This document shows, one piece after another, positions 33,293 through 47,934 of a stretch of 64,000 bases of DNA. Where the stretch lies: the NCBI RefSeq assembly GCF_009914755.1, contig NC_060934.1; one strand, 5' to 3'. Below the pieces are notes generated by a model. The model made no database searches, was not told the origin of the DNA, and saw only the letters and a program-made list of their open reading frames with translations. Source of the DNA: the human T2T-CHM13v2.0 reference genome, Homo sapiens. Position 1 is the first letter of the stretch, and each line of letters opens with the position of its first letter. Both the position numbers and the translations under genes were made by a program.

Positions 33293-33608
33293 TGGCTGGG
33301 CACAGTGGCTCGCACCTGAAATCCCAGCACTTTGGGAGAGTGAGGCGGGCGGATCAAGTGAGGTCAGTTCAAGACCAACCTGGCCAACATGGTGAAACCC
33401 TGTCTCTACTAAAAGTACAAAAATTAGTCGGATGTGGCACACCTGGGATTATAGGCACATGTCTATAGGAGGTAGACGTGTGCCTCTGAGGTAGGAGAAA
33501 CACTTGAACCCAGGAGGCAGAGGTTGTAGTGAGCCAAGATTGCACTACTGCACTCCAGCTGGAGCGACAAAGAGAGACTCTGTCTCGAAAAAAATTAAAA
33601 ATAAAAAA
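33293..33608 (+). mobile_element. Alu with internal micro-inversion
   Basis: Sense Alu containing the antisense segment ctgggattataggcacatg. Confidence 0.88.
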
Positions 33609-34026
33609 CAAGTACATAAGGTACATGAATGTTAGGCTTACACTTGTACACTCCTATGGAGCACTCCCCAGCTCAGGCTAGAGAATACTACCCCTGGGCT
33701 CACTACCCTTCACCTCCCTGGTCTTTTTGCTTCTGCCAAACTCTCCTTCAGCTGGTCTTCCATCTTAACATCGATGCCATCTTTCTCTCTTGCCCCAAGA
33801 AAGGAAGTACAATAAGAAGGGTGCAAGCTCTGGGCTCAGGCAGATTTGGATTCACTGGGTCACAAATTATTTAAACTTTCTAAGCCTCAATTTCCTCATC
33901 TGGGAAGTAAGAATTATAGTAATGGTACCCAGCACATAAGGTTGTTGTAAAGATTAAATATGATCATGCATATAAAGCCCTCAACTCATGGTAGGATCTT
34001 GGCAGTTAATAAATATTAGGTATGAT

Positions 34027-34329
34027 TGCTGGGTGCGGTGGCTCACGCCTATAATCCCAGCACTTTGGGAGGCTGAGGAGGGCAGATCACGAGGTCAGGA
34101 GTTGGACACCAGCCTTGCCAACATGGTGAAACCCCATCTTTACTAGAAATACAAAAATTAGCCGGACATTGTGGCGTGCACCTGCAGTCTCAGCTACTTG
34201 AGAGGGTGAGGCAGGATAATTGTTTGAACCCAGGAGGCAGAGGTTGAAGTGAGCTGAGGTCACGCCACTGCACTCCAGCCTGGGTGACAGAGCAAGACTC
34301 AGTCTCGGAAAATAAATAAATAAATAAAC
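34027..34329 (+). mobile_element. Alu (AluSg-like)
   Basis: Sense dimer with (AAAT)n tail. Confidence 0.9.
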
Positions 34330-34499
34330 TTCAGGTATTATTATGGTTACTATTATTGTTGTGATGTCATTGGACTATTCATTCACCAGTATTGCTCATG
34401 GCCAGCCCAGTTCCTTGATAATGGGTTTTAAGATGGTCTATCTGCCTTAGCCACACTTCATTCTCATTTCTGACACATTGAACTACTCCTCTCCAGAAG

Positions 34500-34765
34500 T
34501 AGTGAAGTGTTGTAGACAGACTGAATGGGCTTTGGAGTCTTGGGTTTGTGGGGACCAACTACTTCTTGGTTGGGGGATCTTGGACAAGTCATTTAATCTA
34601 TTTGAGATTCAGTTTCTTAGCCATGAGATGTATAAAGTGTTGACCTCTCAAAGATTGTTGTGAGAATCCAGTGAAATTACATATGTGAAACCTACTTGAG
34701 AAAGTGCCTGCTAGGCAGGTTTCACATATATAATTTCATTGAGCGAAAAGCACTTTGTAAGCAGT
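34500..34765 (+). mobile_element. MIR containing an inverted duplication
   Basis: gggctttggagtc...ttggacaagtcatttaatct...cagtttc...gttgtgagaat...aaagcactttgtaa. Confidence 0.7.
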
Positions 34766-35345
34766 GACTCCTCATCTTCAGCAATTCTACCTATTATTAG
34801 GCTTTGTCTTGAAAAGATGATCTCCATCCAGACTTGAGGCAAGAGACATCTTCATCTCAAAGGTTCCAGCCTACACTGGCCGCTCGCTCCTCCAGAATGC
34901 AAGTCCCCTGACAGTCACTGAAGTCCTCGTCCTCCTTCTTGATCAGTAGTATACTAGCCAATTCAGTTCCAGAGAAACAAATTGAGCATCTATTGTGTGC
35001 TAGTAAGGACTTGATACCTACTGCCTCATTTAACCTTCACAGCACAGTGAAGGGAGGTGCCATATAGGAGGTACTAGTATCCCCCACTTTAACTGATGAG
35101 CTCAAAAGATGAAGTTAAACCTTCCCTAGGTTATAGGAAGTAGCAGGATTGAAGTTGCCGTCTTGCCTCCAGGTTTGCAGGAAAGATGCATGCAGCCACA
35201 CCCTGCCCTCTGCATTGGCCTGGTTTTCTTTCATCATTCCTCCTCTGTAAACTCAACTGTATGGGCATGTGGTGATGGAAGGGCTTCCTGACTGCAGACT
35301 GTCAGTGTGTGTGAATGTCTGTGTGTGTATATAAATAATATATAT

Positions 35346-35634
35346 ATTTTTTGGAGACAGGGTCTTACCCTGTCACCCAGGGACTGCAGTGGCATGATCA
35401 CGGCTCACTGCAGCCTTGACCTCTGGGGCCCAAGCAATCCTCTCACCTCAGCCTCCCAAGTAGCTGGGACTACAGGTGTATGCTACCATGCCTGGCTAAC
35501 TTTTAAATTGTTTTTGTAGAGACAGGGCCTCCCTATGTTGCCCAGGCTGGTGTTGAACTCCTGGGCTCAAGCAATCCTCCTGCCTCAGCCTCCCAAGGTG
35601 CTGGGATTACAGGCCTGAGCTACTGTATGTGGCC
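35346..35634 (-). mobile_element. Alu (AluJ-like)
   Basis: Antisense dimer. Confidence 0.9.
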
Positions 35635-36339
35635 AACTAATTCTTTTTTTTTTTTTCACTAAATCATTTGTGAGTCAGCTGCAATACTAGATTTCATTCC
35701 TAAATATTGCAGCATATATTTATTAAGAATTAGGAGGACATTCACCTACATAAACACAATACAATGATCACCCTCAGTATTGGTACAATAATATTACCTA
35801 ATATAAAGTGTTTTTTAAAAATTTTCCAATTACCACAATAATGTCCTTTATAGCTATTTTTTCCTTCTAATTCAAGATCTAATCAAGGAGCACACTTTGC
35901 ATTTAGTTGTCAAATATCTTTAATCTCCTTTAATCTGGAGTAGTTGCTCAACCTTTTTGTGTGTTTCAGGATGTTGATGTTTTTGAAGAGTCTAGGCCAA
36001 CTATTTTGCAGAATATCTTTCAATTTGGATTTAACCACTTGTTTCCTGATTAATAAATTCAGACTAAACATTTTTTTGGCAGGAATACTACATAGATGAT
36101 GCTGTGTCCTTCTCAATGCATTGTGTCAAGAAGCCCATGATATCAATTTTATTTATGGGCGATGTCCAGAAGATCTCTTTATGTAAAGGAACATTTTCTC
36201 CTTTGCAATTAATAAGTAATACGTGAAACGTTAGTTTGAGATCAGATTAATATCTAGCTTCCCAATAACATTTTTTAACTAATGTTTTTAAACCTAAAGG
36301 AATTAAAGATACCACTCCTTTCTGACTAGAATTGAGCTT

Positions 36340-37064
36340 TTTCATTTTTAAAAATATACATTTTAAATTGCTACATAATAGATATACATACTTTTGGGGT
36401 ACATGATATTTTGATACATTCATATGATGTGCAATAGTCAAATCAGGATAATTGAGATATCCATCACCTTGAACATTTATGATTTCTTTATGCTGGGAAT
36501 ATTCAAATTATTCTTTACTAGCTATTTTGAAATAACAATGGATTGTTGTTTGCTATAGTTACTCTGTTAATTTATTGAACAGTAGGTCTTATTTCTTCTA
36601 CCTACCTGTATATTTGTACCCATTAATCAACCTGTCTTCATCCTTCCCACCTCCCTACCCTTCCTGGCCTCTGATAACCACCAAACTACTCTCTATCTTC
36701 AAATAAAGAAAATGTGGTGCGTGTATATATATATATATAGTATATATATAGTATGTATATAGTACTATATATATACTATATATAGTACATATATATAGTG
36801 TATATATATAGTACATATATAGTATATTTATATAGTATATATAGTATATATATACACTATATCGATATAGTATATATATAATGGAATATTATTCAGCCAC
36901 CAAAATAATGAAATCTTGTCATTTGCAGCAATATGGATGGAACTGGAGATTATTTTGTTAAGTGAAATAAGCCAGGCACAGAGAGTCAAATATCACATGT
37001 TCTCACTCATATATGGAGGCTTCAAAAGTGGATCTCAGAAGATAGAAAGCAGTTTGGTGGTTAT
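36340..37064 (-). mobile_element. L1MA-like 3' end with 5' inversion
   Basis: 36340-36700 antisense L1 3'UTR joined to 36701-37064 sense L1 (aaagaaaatgtgg...aatggaatattattcagcc...atggatggaactggag). Confidence 0.8.
36722..36881. repeat. (TA)n-rich compound repeat (TATATATAG-like units)
   Basis: Direct reading; expanded inside the L1. Confidence 0.93.
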
Positions 37065-37902
37065 AGAAACTGGGATTTACTCATTTTTTTAAAAATCTCT
37101 AATGCCAACACAGAGTAGTTGTTTAAATATGTGTTAAAATTATGATCGATTGTAATATTGATCAGATATGGCCTAATTATTCCCCAACTAAAGTATTTGC
37201 TTTCCCTGACCTGCCAGTAACCTGGCAATGACCTCTCCCAGCCTAAAGTTTTGTTCTCCATGAAATAAATAAAGCTTCTCTACTAAGGCTACCAGCCATG
37301 TTTTTTATTTCTTCTTTCTTTAAAATTATTTATTCTATATTTTCATGAGAGTCTTCACATAATCTCTAGACCTTTGACATCAGCCTCTTTTACCCTGAAG
37401 GCATTGAAGAAAAACAGGGTACAAAAGACTGGGGCCCCTACTTATATAAAGCTGTGATCTAATTGTTAATAAATGGGAAGGAACAGGGAGATACATTTAT
37501 CTCACTGTCTTGGGGGAGGAGAGAAATGTTACCTTATAGTGCTTTTCATCTTGGTTCTATGCAGATAACCTATGGGCCTCCACATGTTTGCTATATGTTT
37601 TATAAGTCATAGTCCACCGCCATAAGCCCCAGGGAACTTAAAGAATTTAGATACAAGGAGCTGAACTCCTTAGTTTAAACAATTAAATCATTTATGCATT
37701 CAACAAATTAAGGTTTTTTTTTTCCAAAAGAGCATATTCTCATCTTCTAAATCTAGAAAATCTTTTCCAATATGTTATTTTTGACCACTTCACAGATAAT
37801 TGAGTGAGGAGGGAGAAGAGAGACATTAAGAAAAATCCTGAATTGTATGAACCTGTGTAATTTTTAAACAGCTAGAATCATGGCATGTTGTTTTCCTTCT
37901 AG

Positions 37903-37990
37903 ATCCACGTCTCCATTAGCAAGACTTCATGGTTCTTCTATTTTGGAGAGGCACCACCTGGAGTACAGTAAGACTCTGTTGCAGGATGAG
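37903..37990 (+). CDS. PDE6C: PDE6C exon 15 ([18 protein letters not shown]...QDE)
   Basis: tctag|A TCC ... GAG|gtacgt; 88 nt. Confidence 0.97.
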
Positions 37991-38398
37991 GTACGTAAAA
38001 CTCTCTTTAGGACAGCTAAACACAAATTCTGGATCAAAGCACTAACCCACAGAAAATGCTTGGAAAAAGGGTGGCCTTGAGTTACAGCAGTTGATAGTGT
38101 ATACCCTTGTTGAAGTCAATTGATAGAAATTGCTATATTGAACTAGTTTTTGAACAGCCAAGTTGGAAGTAGCTGAGACAGGTGAAGAGAGCCATGGAAA
38201 GTCACAGAATCTCTGTGGGTCTGTAGGGAAAGAAGAAAAAGCTTATGGTGGATGCAAAAGGGCTCCGTGCACCCCAAGCATATGTAAATGTAAAGAGGAA
38301 AGGAGGCTACATGGTCACTGATTTGCTTATTCATTCATGGGGCATATGCTTTAGAGCATGGTCTATGCCTTTAAGAAAGTCAAGCTTTCATAGTGGAG

Positions 38399-38809
38399 TG
38401 TATTCACACATTCTTGCATTGCTATAAAGAAATACCTGAGACTGGGTAATTATAAAGAAAATAGGTTTAATTCACTCCCGGTTCTGCAGGCTGTACAGGA
38501 AGCACGGCAGCATCAACCTCTGGGCAGGCCTCAAGGAGCCTACAATCATGGTGGAAGCTGAAGGGGGAGCGAGCACTTCATATGGCCAGAGCAGAAGGAA
38601 GAGAGATGCGGGGGAGGTACCACACACTTTTAAATAACCAGATCTCATGAGAATTCACTCAGTATCATGACCAAGGAGGATGGGGCTAAACCATTCATAA
38701 GAAACACTGCTCGCAAAATCCAATCACCTCCCACCAGGACCCACTTCCAACATTGGGGATTACAACTGAACATGGGGTTTGGGTGGAGACACAGATCCAA
38801 ACTATATCA
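38399..38809 (-). mobile_element. MST-type (MSTA/B) solo LTR
   Basis: TG...CA ends, perfect 5-bp TSD TGGAG. Confidence 0.9.
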
Positions 38810-41508
38810 TGGAGGTAGGCATGACGTAGCCACCATCAGAGAGGCACTGAGCCATGCTCTGAGAGTTCCAAAGGGAGAAACCACATTTGTGTGAAGACAG
38901 TGGCAGCGGAAAGGGGCAAAGAGGGTGGGATCAGAGATGGCTTTCTGCAGGAGCGGCTCAGCCCCTTGAATTCATTGTGAATTGCACATATTACGTACTA
39001 CTAATCTTCCAGAGAGGGTAGTCATTCTTCTTCCCTTGATCAATTTTATTGAAGGGATATATGGGCCTGTGGAAAGTTGTGGATGTTGTCTAATTATACT
39101 TTCTTAAGAACGTTCCAAACCAAAAATGATTAAGGTGAGTCATTAGATTGAGGGGAGCACTGTTTTGTCAAAGGCAGTGAACTTGTTCAGAATCACATGC
39201 TTCATTAGGATACATGAGCCCTCTGGAGAGTGGGCTTTTCTCACTTTCAATAATAATCTTTTATTAAAAGCTCAGGGAGAATATACAGAAAGATATCCAA
39301 GTTTAGAGAGAATACTAAATTCTTCTAGGTAATGAAAATCCAAGATGGTCCTCATAAGCCAAGCAGGAAAATCTCATAAGGCAGAGCAACTGGGCAGAAA
39401 AATGGAAAAAGAAGAAAACTGCTTGCGTTGTTTTAACAGTCTGTGATTGACACAGCACCCAACACCATTGCCATCCCAGACCTGCTGTGGCATTTCTAAT
39501 TCCGCTATGCTCTTGGCAAAGCACTAACCTCATATAAGTCCAGATGGTGGTTCTCAGACATGGGTACCTGGACCAACTCTTTCAGACTCATTAATTTAAC
39601 AGGGCGGGGGCAGACAGGCTGTTAAGGCACAGATCCTGGGCCCCATTCTCCACTTACTGACCAGACTCTCTGGAGTTTGGGCCTGGGAATCTGTATTTTG
39701 AACCAGAACCCTTTTAATTCTGATATGCAGACAGAATCTCTCCCTGCAGCAGAATTCACAGCATAGGTAACACCTGTTCTATGAGAATTAAAAGAAGGAG
39801 CGGAACTGAAAATAACTCAGGAATGTAAGAGTAAATTGTTATTACCTAATTTGTTATAAGTCTTTATTTTGCTGGTTGAGACAATCTTTGGTTTCTGAGT
39901 AAGAATTTTCTGTAAATCCCACTGTTTATATGATACCACAGTGAGGTAGCATCAAATGTCATGTATCGCATAATCATACAGTCACCTACTAAAACAAAAT
40001 ACTGTTTTAAAACAGCTGCCAAATATCTACATGCTTAACACTGGAAGGCTCCTAGTTTCTTAAATGTTTTTCCTTCTGGGATTTGGCAGTTTAGAGTTAC
40101 AGTTTTCCATCTGAATTTTTTTTAATGTTATTTACTTTGCAGTCTGAACTGGCTTTGATGGCTATATAAAGACTTATTATTCTTTCTAAAAAGGAATATT
40201 GCATCTCAGTAATCTATACCATCTTTTCAAGGACCTCTCTGTAATACCATTCAACCTGCTAATTGCAGACTTTTAAAGCCTTGTCAATAGAGTCGCTAGG
40301 CAATGCAGTCACACAGAGCCTGTTTATGAGCAGTCAAATTGGACACACACACAAAAAGATTGTTACCTATCAGATATTCTTTTTACATTTTGGGGAGACA
40401 ATGTAGTTCTTGTATTTTTTTCATTCTCTAAAGAAAATACACACATTAAAAATTTTAATTTTTTTAAATAAGGGAAATCCTTGGGATTTATCCAGTAATT
40501 TCAGCATCTGTGGGCATTACTCAGACATTTTGTTTTGCATATTATAAGGCTTTGAACGGCAATGTCCTTCTATCCTAGCAGAGATGGATTCACTGCTTTG
40601 AGGAATAGAACTGCCTGTACTCTAAACCAGACAGAAATCAATGCTTTAACCCAAATGAATGAGTGGAAACCTTGTTAGCCAAATTTGCACAAGTATAAAT
40701 TTTAATACTAGAATATACTGTAGAAATGACAAAACATATTGCTCAGCATAAATAACAAAATCTTGTTATTATTCAGAACATCTCTTTCCAAAGCGTATGA
40801 TAATTTTATTTATGCTTTTTCATATCAACCGCATCAACCTGCCCCATTTTACGCATAGAAATGTGAAGGAGAAATCAAATACCTTGTGTACTGGCACTAG
40901 CAAGGCAAGAACATGTTGGCAATATTCTCTTGCGGGCGTCATAGGCACCATGCTGAAGACTAGAACGGCCTGTACTTTCCCTGGCCTCAGCTAGCTCGAG
41001 AGCCACGATCTGAATGAATTAAAGCCATTTCTACCTGTTTGGGGTGTGCTTTGCAGAATTCATATTTCTATCGCCATTTTAATAGTCAGGGAAAATAAAA
41101 AAGATTCTTTCCGTGAGCAAATGAAAGCAGCTGAGCAAGTCAGGGCCCGTGGCCAGGGGCTGGGAAGTAGGTCTCCTTTCTTGTCTAGTGCACCTGTCTC
41201 CACATAATGTCTTCAACACAATGCTCGAAAACAAATGGAATATTACATATTTATACATGTATTCAATGTTCATTAATAGTTGCAAAAGTTACGTAAGCCC
41301 ACTATAAAAATTCAAACGATAGGAAAACATCAAAGACAAATATTTCTTAAATTGCTTCAAATCCTACCATCCAGAAACTGATATTTCATTAACGTCTAAT
41401 GAACCTCATTGCAGTCACCCTGTGGATATACACAGGAAGCATGGAGAGAAAGGACTCCATGTGTTCCCACTACCCAAGCTATTTTTTTAAGCCAGAGTTG
41501 GTTTTTAA

Positions 41509-41848
<340 letters not shown>

Positions 41849-42198
41849 AAACTACATCTCTAGAGTGCCCAATTCCATGAGTTTTGACTATTTTATATAC
41901 CTGGGAAACCAGCACCACAATCAAGATGCAGAACACTTCTATCATCCGAGTAATTGTTCATATCATGACCCTTCACAGCACATCCCACTGTCCACTCCCA
42001 GCCCTAGGCGGCAACCTTTGAAATGTTTTCAGTTGCTATGGATTAGTTTACATTTTCTAGATTTTATATAAGTGCAATCACACAATTAGCACAATAATAG
42101 AATAATCATGCAATCAATCACACTCTTTTGCATTGGTTTCTTTCACGCAAAATAATAATTTTTAGATTACTCATGTTGTGTATGTCCATGATTCATTC

Positions 42199-42490
<292 letters not shown>

Positions 42491-43221
42491 AATTCATTTT
42501 TTTTCATTGCTAAGTAGAATCCCTTTATCTTAAATAAAAGGTATTGCATTTGACTTTATTTGAATTTAACAGAAGAAATGTTTTTGAAATGGAAAGAATT
42601 GCAGAACTTCACATGATAGTGTCCTTATCACAAGAAATGTTAGCTCTTAAAGAGCCCTCTAAAATGAATAACAAATGACTATGAAAAATTATGAAAAGTT
42701 GTAGCTGAGCATTTAGATGTTTGACATTTTTAAGCTATATGTGTTAACTTTACAGTATCTACTAACTCCCTTCTATGAAATATGAAGGAATTGGTATACT
42801 TTTTCCCGCATGTCTGTTTTATATGATATATTTTTTTACCATTATCAATATTTATAAAATTACATTTTGCTCTGTAATTTCCACTATTGTTTATTTTAAT
42901 TCAACTTTTAATTGAGTCCAGTACTTATTGACTCTACATTTTCATATAAATTTTATAATTGATTTGTCAATTTACAAACACACATACACAAACTTGTTGG
43001 TATTTTGGTTGGAATTCCACTCGCTCTATGGATTATTTTATGTTCTTGTGGTCATTATATGCATAGGTTTTGCACTTGTTCCCCTCTGAAAATTACTCAT
43101 CCCTGAGTGGAGCCAACTATCTGCCTAGTACCGTGGAAGAAGGGCAGGAATGAGCTGGGGAAATCCTCAGCTTCCAATTTGTTGTCTCAAACATTCTCTC
43201 ACCAATTCTAAGGAGCACACC

Positions 43222-43584
43222 TGTATTAGTCTGTTTTCACACTGCTGTAAAGCTACTACCTGAGACTGGGTAATTATAAAGAAAAGAGGTTTAATTGACT
43301 CACAGTTCTGCACTGCTGGGGAGGCCTCAGGAAACTTACAATCATGGCTGAAGGAGAAGGGGAAGCAAGGCATGTCTTACATGGTGGCAGGCAAGAGTGT
43401 GTGAGAAAGAGTGAGGAAGTGGCACACTTAAAACCATCAACTCTTGTGAGAACTCCCTCACTATCATGAGAACAGCGTGGGAGAACTGCCCCCATGATTG
43501 AATCACCTCCTTCCAGGTTCCTCCCTCAACACCTGGGGATTACAATTCGAGATGAGATTTGGGTGGGGACACAGAGCCATATCA
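43222..43584 (-). mobile_element. THE1 (THE1D-like) solo LTR
   Basis: TG...CA ends, perfect 5-bp TSD ACACC. Confidence 0.9.
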
Positions 43585-43941
43585 ACACCTCTTTGATTTT
43601 GTTTTCCGGAAGTTGGTAAAGCTCACACTGAGCAAAGCCCATGAAGCTCCAGGCCTTCTATTTGGGATCTGGCCATTGCTGTCTGCCTTCCCTCCTTCAC
43701 TTCTTGTTACCTATGACAATGTCTTTGGTCTAGGAGATTGAATATCAGAAGTCAATACAAATGTACATCAGCATAACTTCTCCATCAACTCCTCTTTTGC
43801 TGTTGTTTTGTGTTGTCAAAGTAGGTCTTGAAAGGAATTCCTTGCTTCTCCTGTGCGCTGGGCACATCTTGAGACCTCTTGCCCTAATTAAAGAATCACT
43901 GAGTCTGTGTTTACTTACTAAACAAACAAAAAACCCAACTT

Positions 43942-43991
43942 GTGTGCAAGTGTGTGTGTGCATGTGTGTGTGTGTGTGTCTGTGTGTGTGT
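43942..43991. repeat. Interrupted (TG)n
   Basis: Direct reading. Confidence 0.9.
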
Positions 43992-45303
43992 ATGTCCCAC
44001 TTTGTTCCAAAGAGGATTTGATGGAGCTTCGAAGAATACATACAACACTAAAGAAAAAGAAAATGAGGACTAATGGAAAAATAAGAAAAACGAGGTGAGC
44101 ATAGTAAAGGCCATACATACCCAAAATGTATATCAGAGATGGGCCACAAATTTGGCCAAAACGTTTATCAGACACAGGCCACAAATTTGGCCAAGTGCTT
44201 TCTAGCAACTAATACAAAAACTGGAATGGGATCTTTTATATGAATCTATATCCACAACTTAATAAGTCAATTAGAAGCTCTTCTTTCAAGAACCTCAGGT
44301 GTGAAAGGGAGAACAGAGAAAATCTAAAAGAATGTAGAATTAAGAAAGAGTTTTTCAATTAGGAGGCTTGTACATGTTTTTAGATAAAAATGAAAATGAG
44401 TGAGAAGAAAAAGGTATGAATGAAATGCAGATATGTAGTGCTATATGCAAAAGAAGCAGTACTGAAATGGTGACTATAAACCCTTTTTCTTCATTATATC
44501 AATTTTTAAAAATCCAGTATTGACTCATTTTGAAAAGTAAGATAGTTTTTGATAATCTATCAACTTTAATACAGTTGTTTTATTATTTTGGATTGGAAAA
44601 AGGTATAAGAGTAAACAGTATTTGTCACATATGTTTCTATATATTTCTTTATATATAGCGTTTTCTTTCACGTCTATTAAATAGCAACAAGTGTCCAGGT
44701 TTACATTAAGCAATATGCACTAAAACAATTGGTGCATAATAAATTTGATGTATTTGATTTGTTGTAGATTATATACTCTGCACAATCTGACACTTGGTAG
44801 AGACGAGGAAGTCTCTGTCCCAAGGAATTATTTCTCTGAATTCAGCAGTCTGATTTGCTTCTTTAAATGACTTAATGTGCTATAAATATTAACTTGTCTA
44901 AAAGTTTAAGGCATTTTCACACATTCCTCCCCTCCCCCTGCTTTTTTTCCTAGTATAGCAATCAAGGTTGGCTTCAAATATTATTAATTTGCCAAGTATG
45001 TATCTGAGTCACATAATAAACATCACTTTGGGAACATAGCAATGTTCATCAGTGAACAAATAAAGGCAGTGATTCCCTGATGTCAGTATGCCACTGGATC
45101 ACCCCAAGTCCAAAAGGAAGGCCACCATTGTTCCAAAATCAGGGGCAGGTTAAGTGGGATCAAAATGACTCCACTTACTTTTCCCCTCCCTGGTAATCCA
45201 GACCAGGTTGAAAATAACCTGTATCCAGATTTGATTCAGAGATTCTGGACTGATATGTACAATAGACTTCTGTGAAATGTCCCAAGTAAGAAATTGATTC
45301 GGG

Positions 45304-45717
<414 letters not shown>

Positions 45718-46257
45718 TTAACTATAGTTGCTATGATGAACTCATTATGTTGACAAAACAAATCACAATTTTCCCTTCTATTACTTATATATGCTTTGTA
45801 AAACACCACTTTTCTTGTCCTAGAAAATGTTATAAAAAGATGACTTAAGGGAAGATTTATATAAGGCATAGTGTAGTGTCTAAAACTTGAGTTCTTGTCC
45901 AATTATTGCTTTCTAATATTTCAATCTTCTGAAATGACTGAGCCATATTTGGTCTTAGGTTTGCAATTCTATTTCTACCAGGAGCTAGCCTCATAACTTT
46001 ACGTAATAATAATAATGATACAACAATAAATTTTAACAGCGATTTACAGTTTTAAAATGCATTCACAGTTGTCATTTCATTTGATTCAGCATTCCACAGA
46101 TATTAATTGAGCATAGACTAAGTGCTAGGCAGTTAGGCAGGGCAGCTGTTATTATGCCCATATGAGAAAACAAATACAGATGTTAAGTGAAGTCTCTAGG
46201 ATTATACCACTGCCAAAGTGGGGAAGCCAGGAAATGAACCTGGGTTCCCTCTTGAGA

Positions 46258-46470
46258 GGTAATGTAGTGTGGTGCAGAGATTAGGAGCACAGACTCTGGA
46301 ACCATGCTGCACTGGCTTAGACACCAGTTCTGCCACATTCTAGCTGTTTAACCTCGGGCAAGTTACTTCACCTCTCTGTGCTGGGGTCTGTTGTGAAGAG
46401 ATTAAGAATATTCACAAAGCACTTAGAGCCTGGTAGGTAGTAAGAACTAAGTAAGTGTTTACTGTTATTA
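46258..46470 (+). mobile_element. MIR
   Basis: gagcacagactctgga...ccagttctgccac...ctcgggcaagttacttcacctctctgtg. Confidence 0.75.
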
Positions 46471-46666
46471 TTTGGTGTTCAGGACAGTATTGTTTTTGGC
46501 ATTATGCTACTTCTCTCTTTATATAGTTTGATAGACTATCTCCTCTTTCTTTCCAGTGGAGTTTTTCTGTATTTTGTAACTGTCAAATTCATTTGGCAAA
46601 ATCACTATCTATCTGTCATTTGGCCTGTATGACTAAAATGGTCTATTTGGAATAACTGGGCTTTAA

Positions 46667-47043
<377 letters not shown>

Positions 47044-47678
47044 TATATTCTCATTTTCTAGAATGCTAAGAAATGAAGCTGATCCTTATGTGAAGAGATG
47101 TAGTGAGAAACTCTTTGAAGAAAGGTCTAGTTAAGTCTTGGTAAAATAGAATTGCATGAAAACATTTTCAGGATAATGTGGAAGGATTTCATTATTTTTT
47201 CCTACATATACACGAATATGAGTGTAATTTGCAATTTCTGAAAGACCAGTGGTTTCTATGATCACTCTAAAATTACCTGGTAGATAAAGTAACATGTCTG
47301 ACAGTTGGACTTCTCCCAGAAATTCTTTATTAAAGCTTCTCAATTAATACAAGCACATTTTTAATCTATTGTTATTTATTTTAATGGTCCTAGAAGAAAA
47401 CATTTATTTACTCCAAAAAGTTAAACACTGATTACATGAATATTGGCTAACAGTATCTATTTTTATAGTTTAAATTAAATTATCTTACTTAAAGTATAGT
47501 AGAGGGGTTTGCTTAGTCCATGAGATAAAAACTAAAAGCAAGCCAAAAAAAAAAAAAAAAAAGGAAGGAAAACAAAAAAAAAACAAACAAAAAAGTGTTG
47601 AAAGACTTTTAGATTTTCTTCTTGTTAAGCATAGTTTCATTTGTTCAGAGGCAAATTATTGATAGCATTTTATTGTGA

Positions 47679-47795
<117 letters not shown>

Positions 47796-47891
47796 TAAGT
47801 ACATAACTCTGCACAGTGGAATGCCCTATACTCTGTGTGGTTTTACCTTCCATAAATTATCTGTTGCATTAATGTTAAAAGGCATTTATTC

Positions 47892-47934
47892 ACACACATA
47901 CACACACACAGACACACACACACACATACACACA
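47892..47934. repeat. Interrupted (CA)n
   Basis: Direct reading, about 100 nt after exon 16. Confidence 0.9.

Noticed and set aside
36722-36881. TA-rich array as a possible CRISPR-like or fragile-site repeat
   Set aside because: Simple low-complexity expansion without unique spacers. The FRA10A CGG repeat is at the FRA10AC1 5' end, outside this window.
40120-40380. Non-repeat stretch in intron 15 with minus-strand splice-like sites and a TCF/LEF-like CTTTGAT
   Set aside because: No sustained ORF or consistent exon chain; cannot be supported without conservation or expression data.
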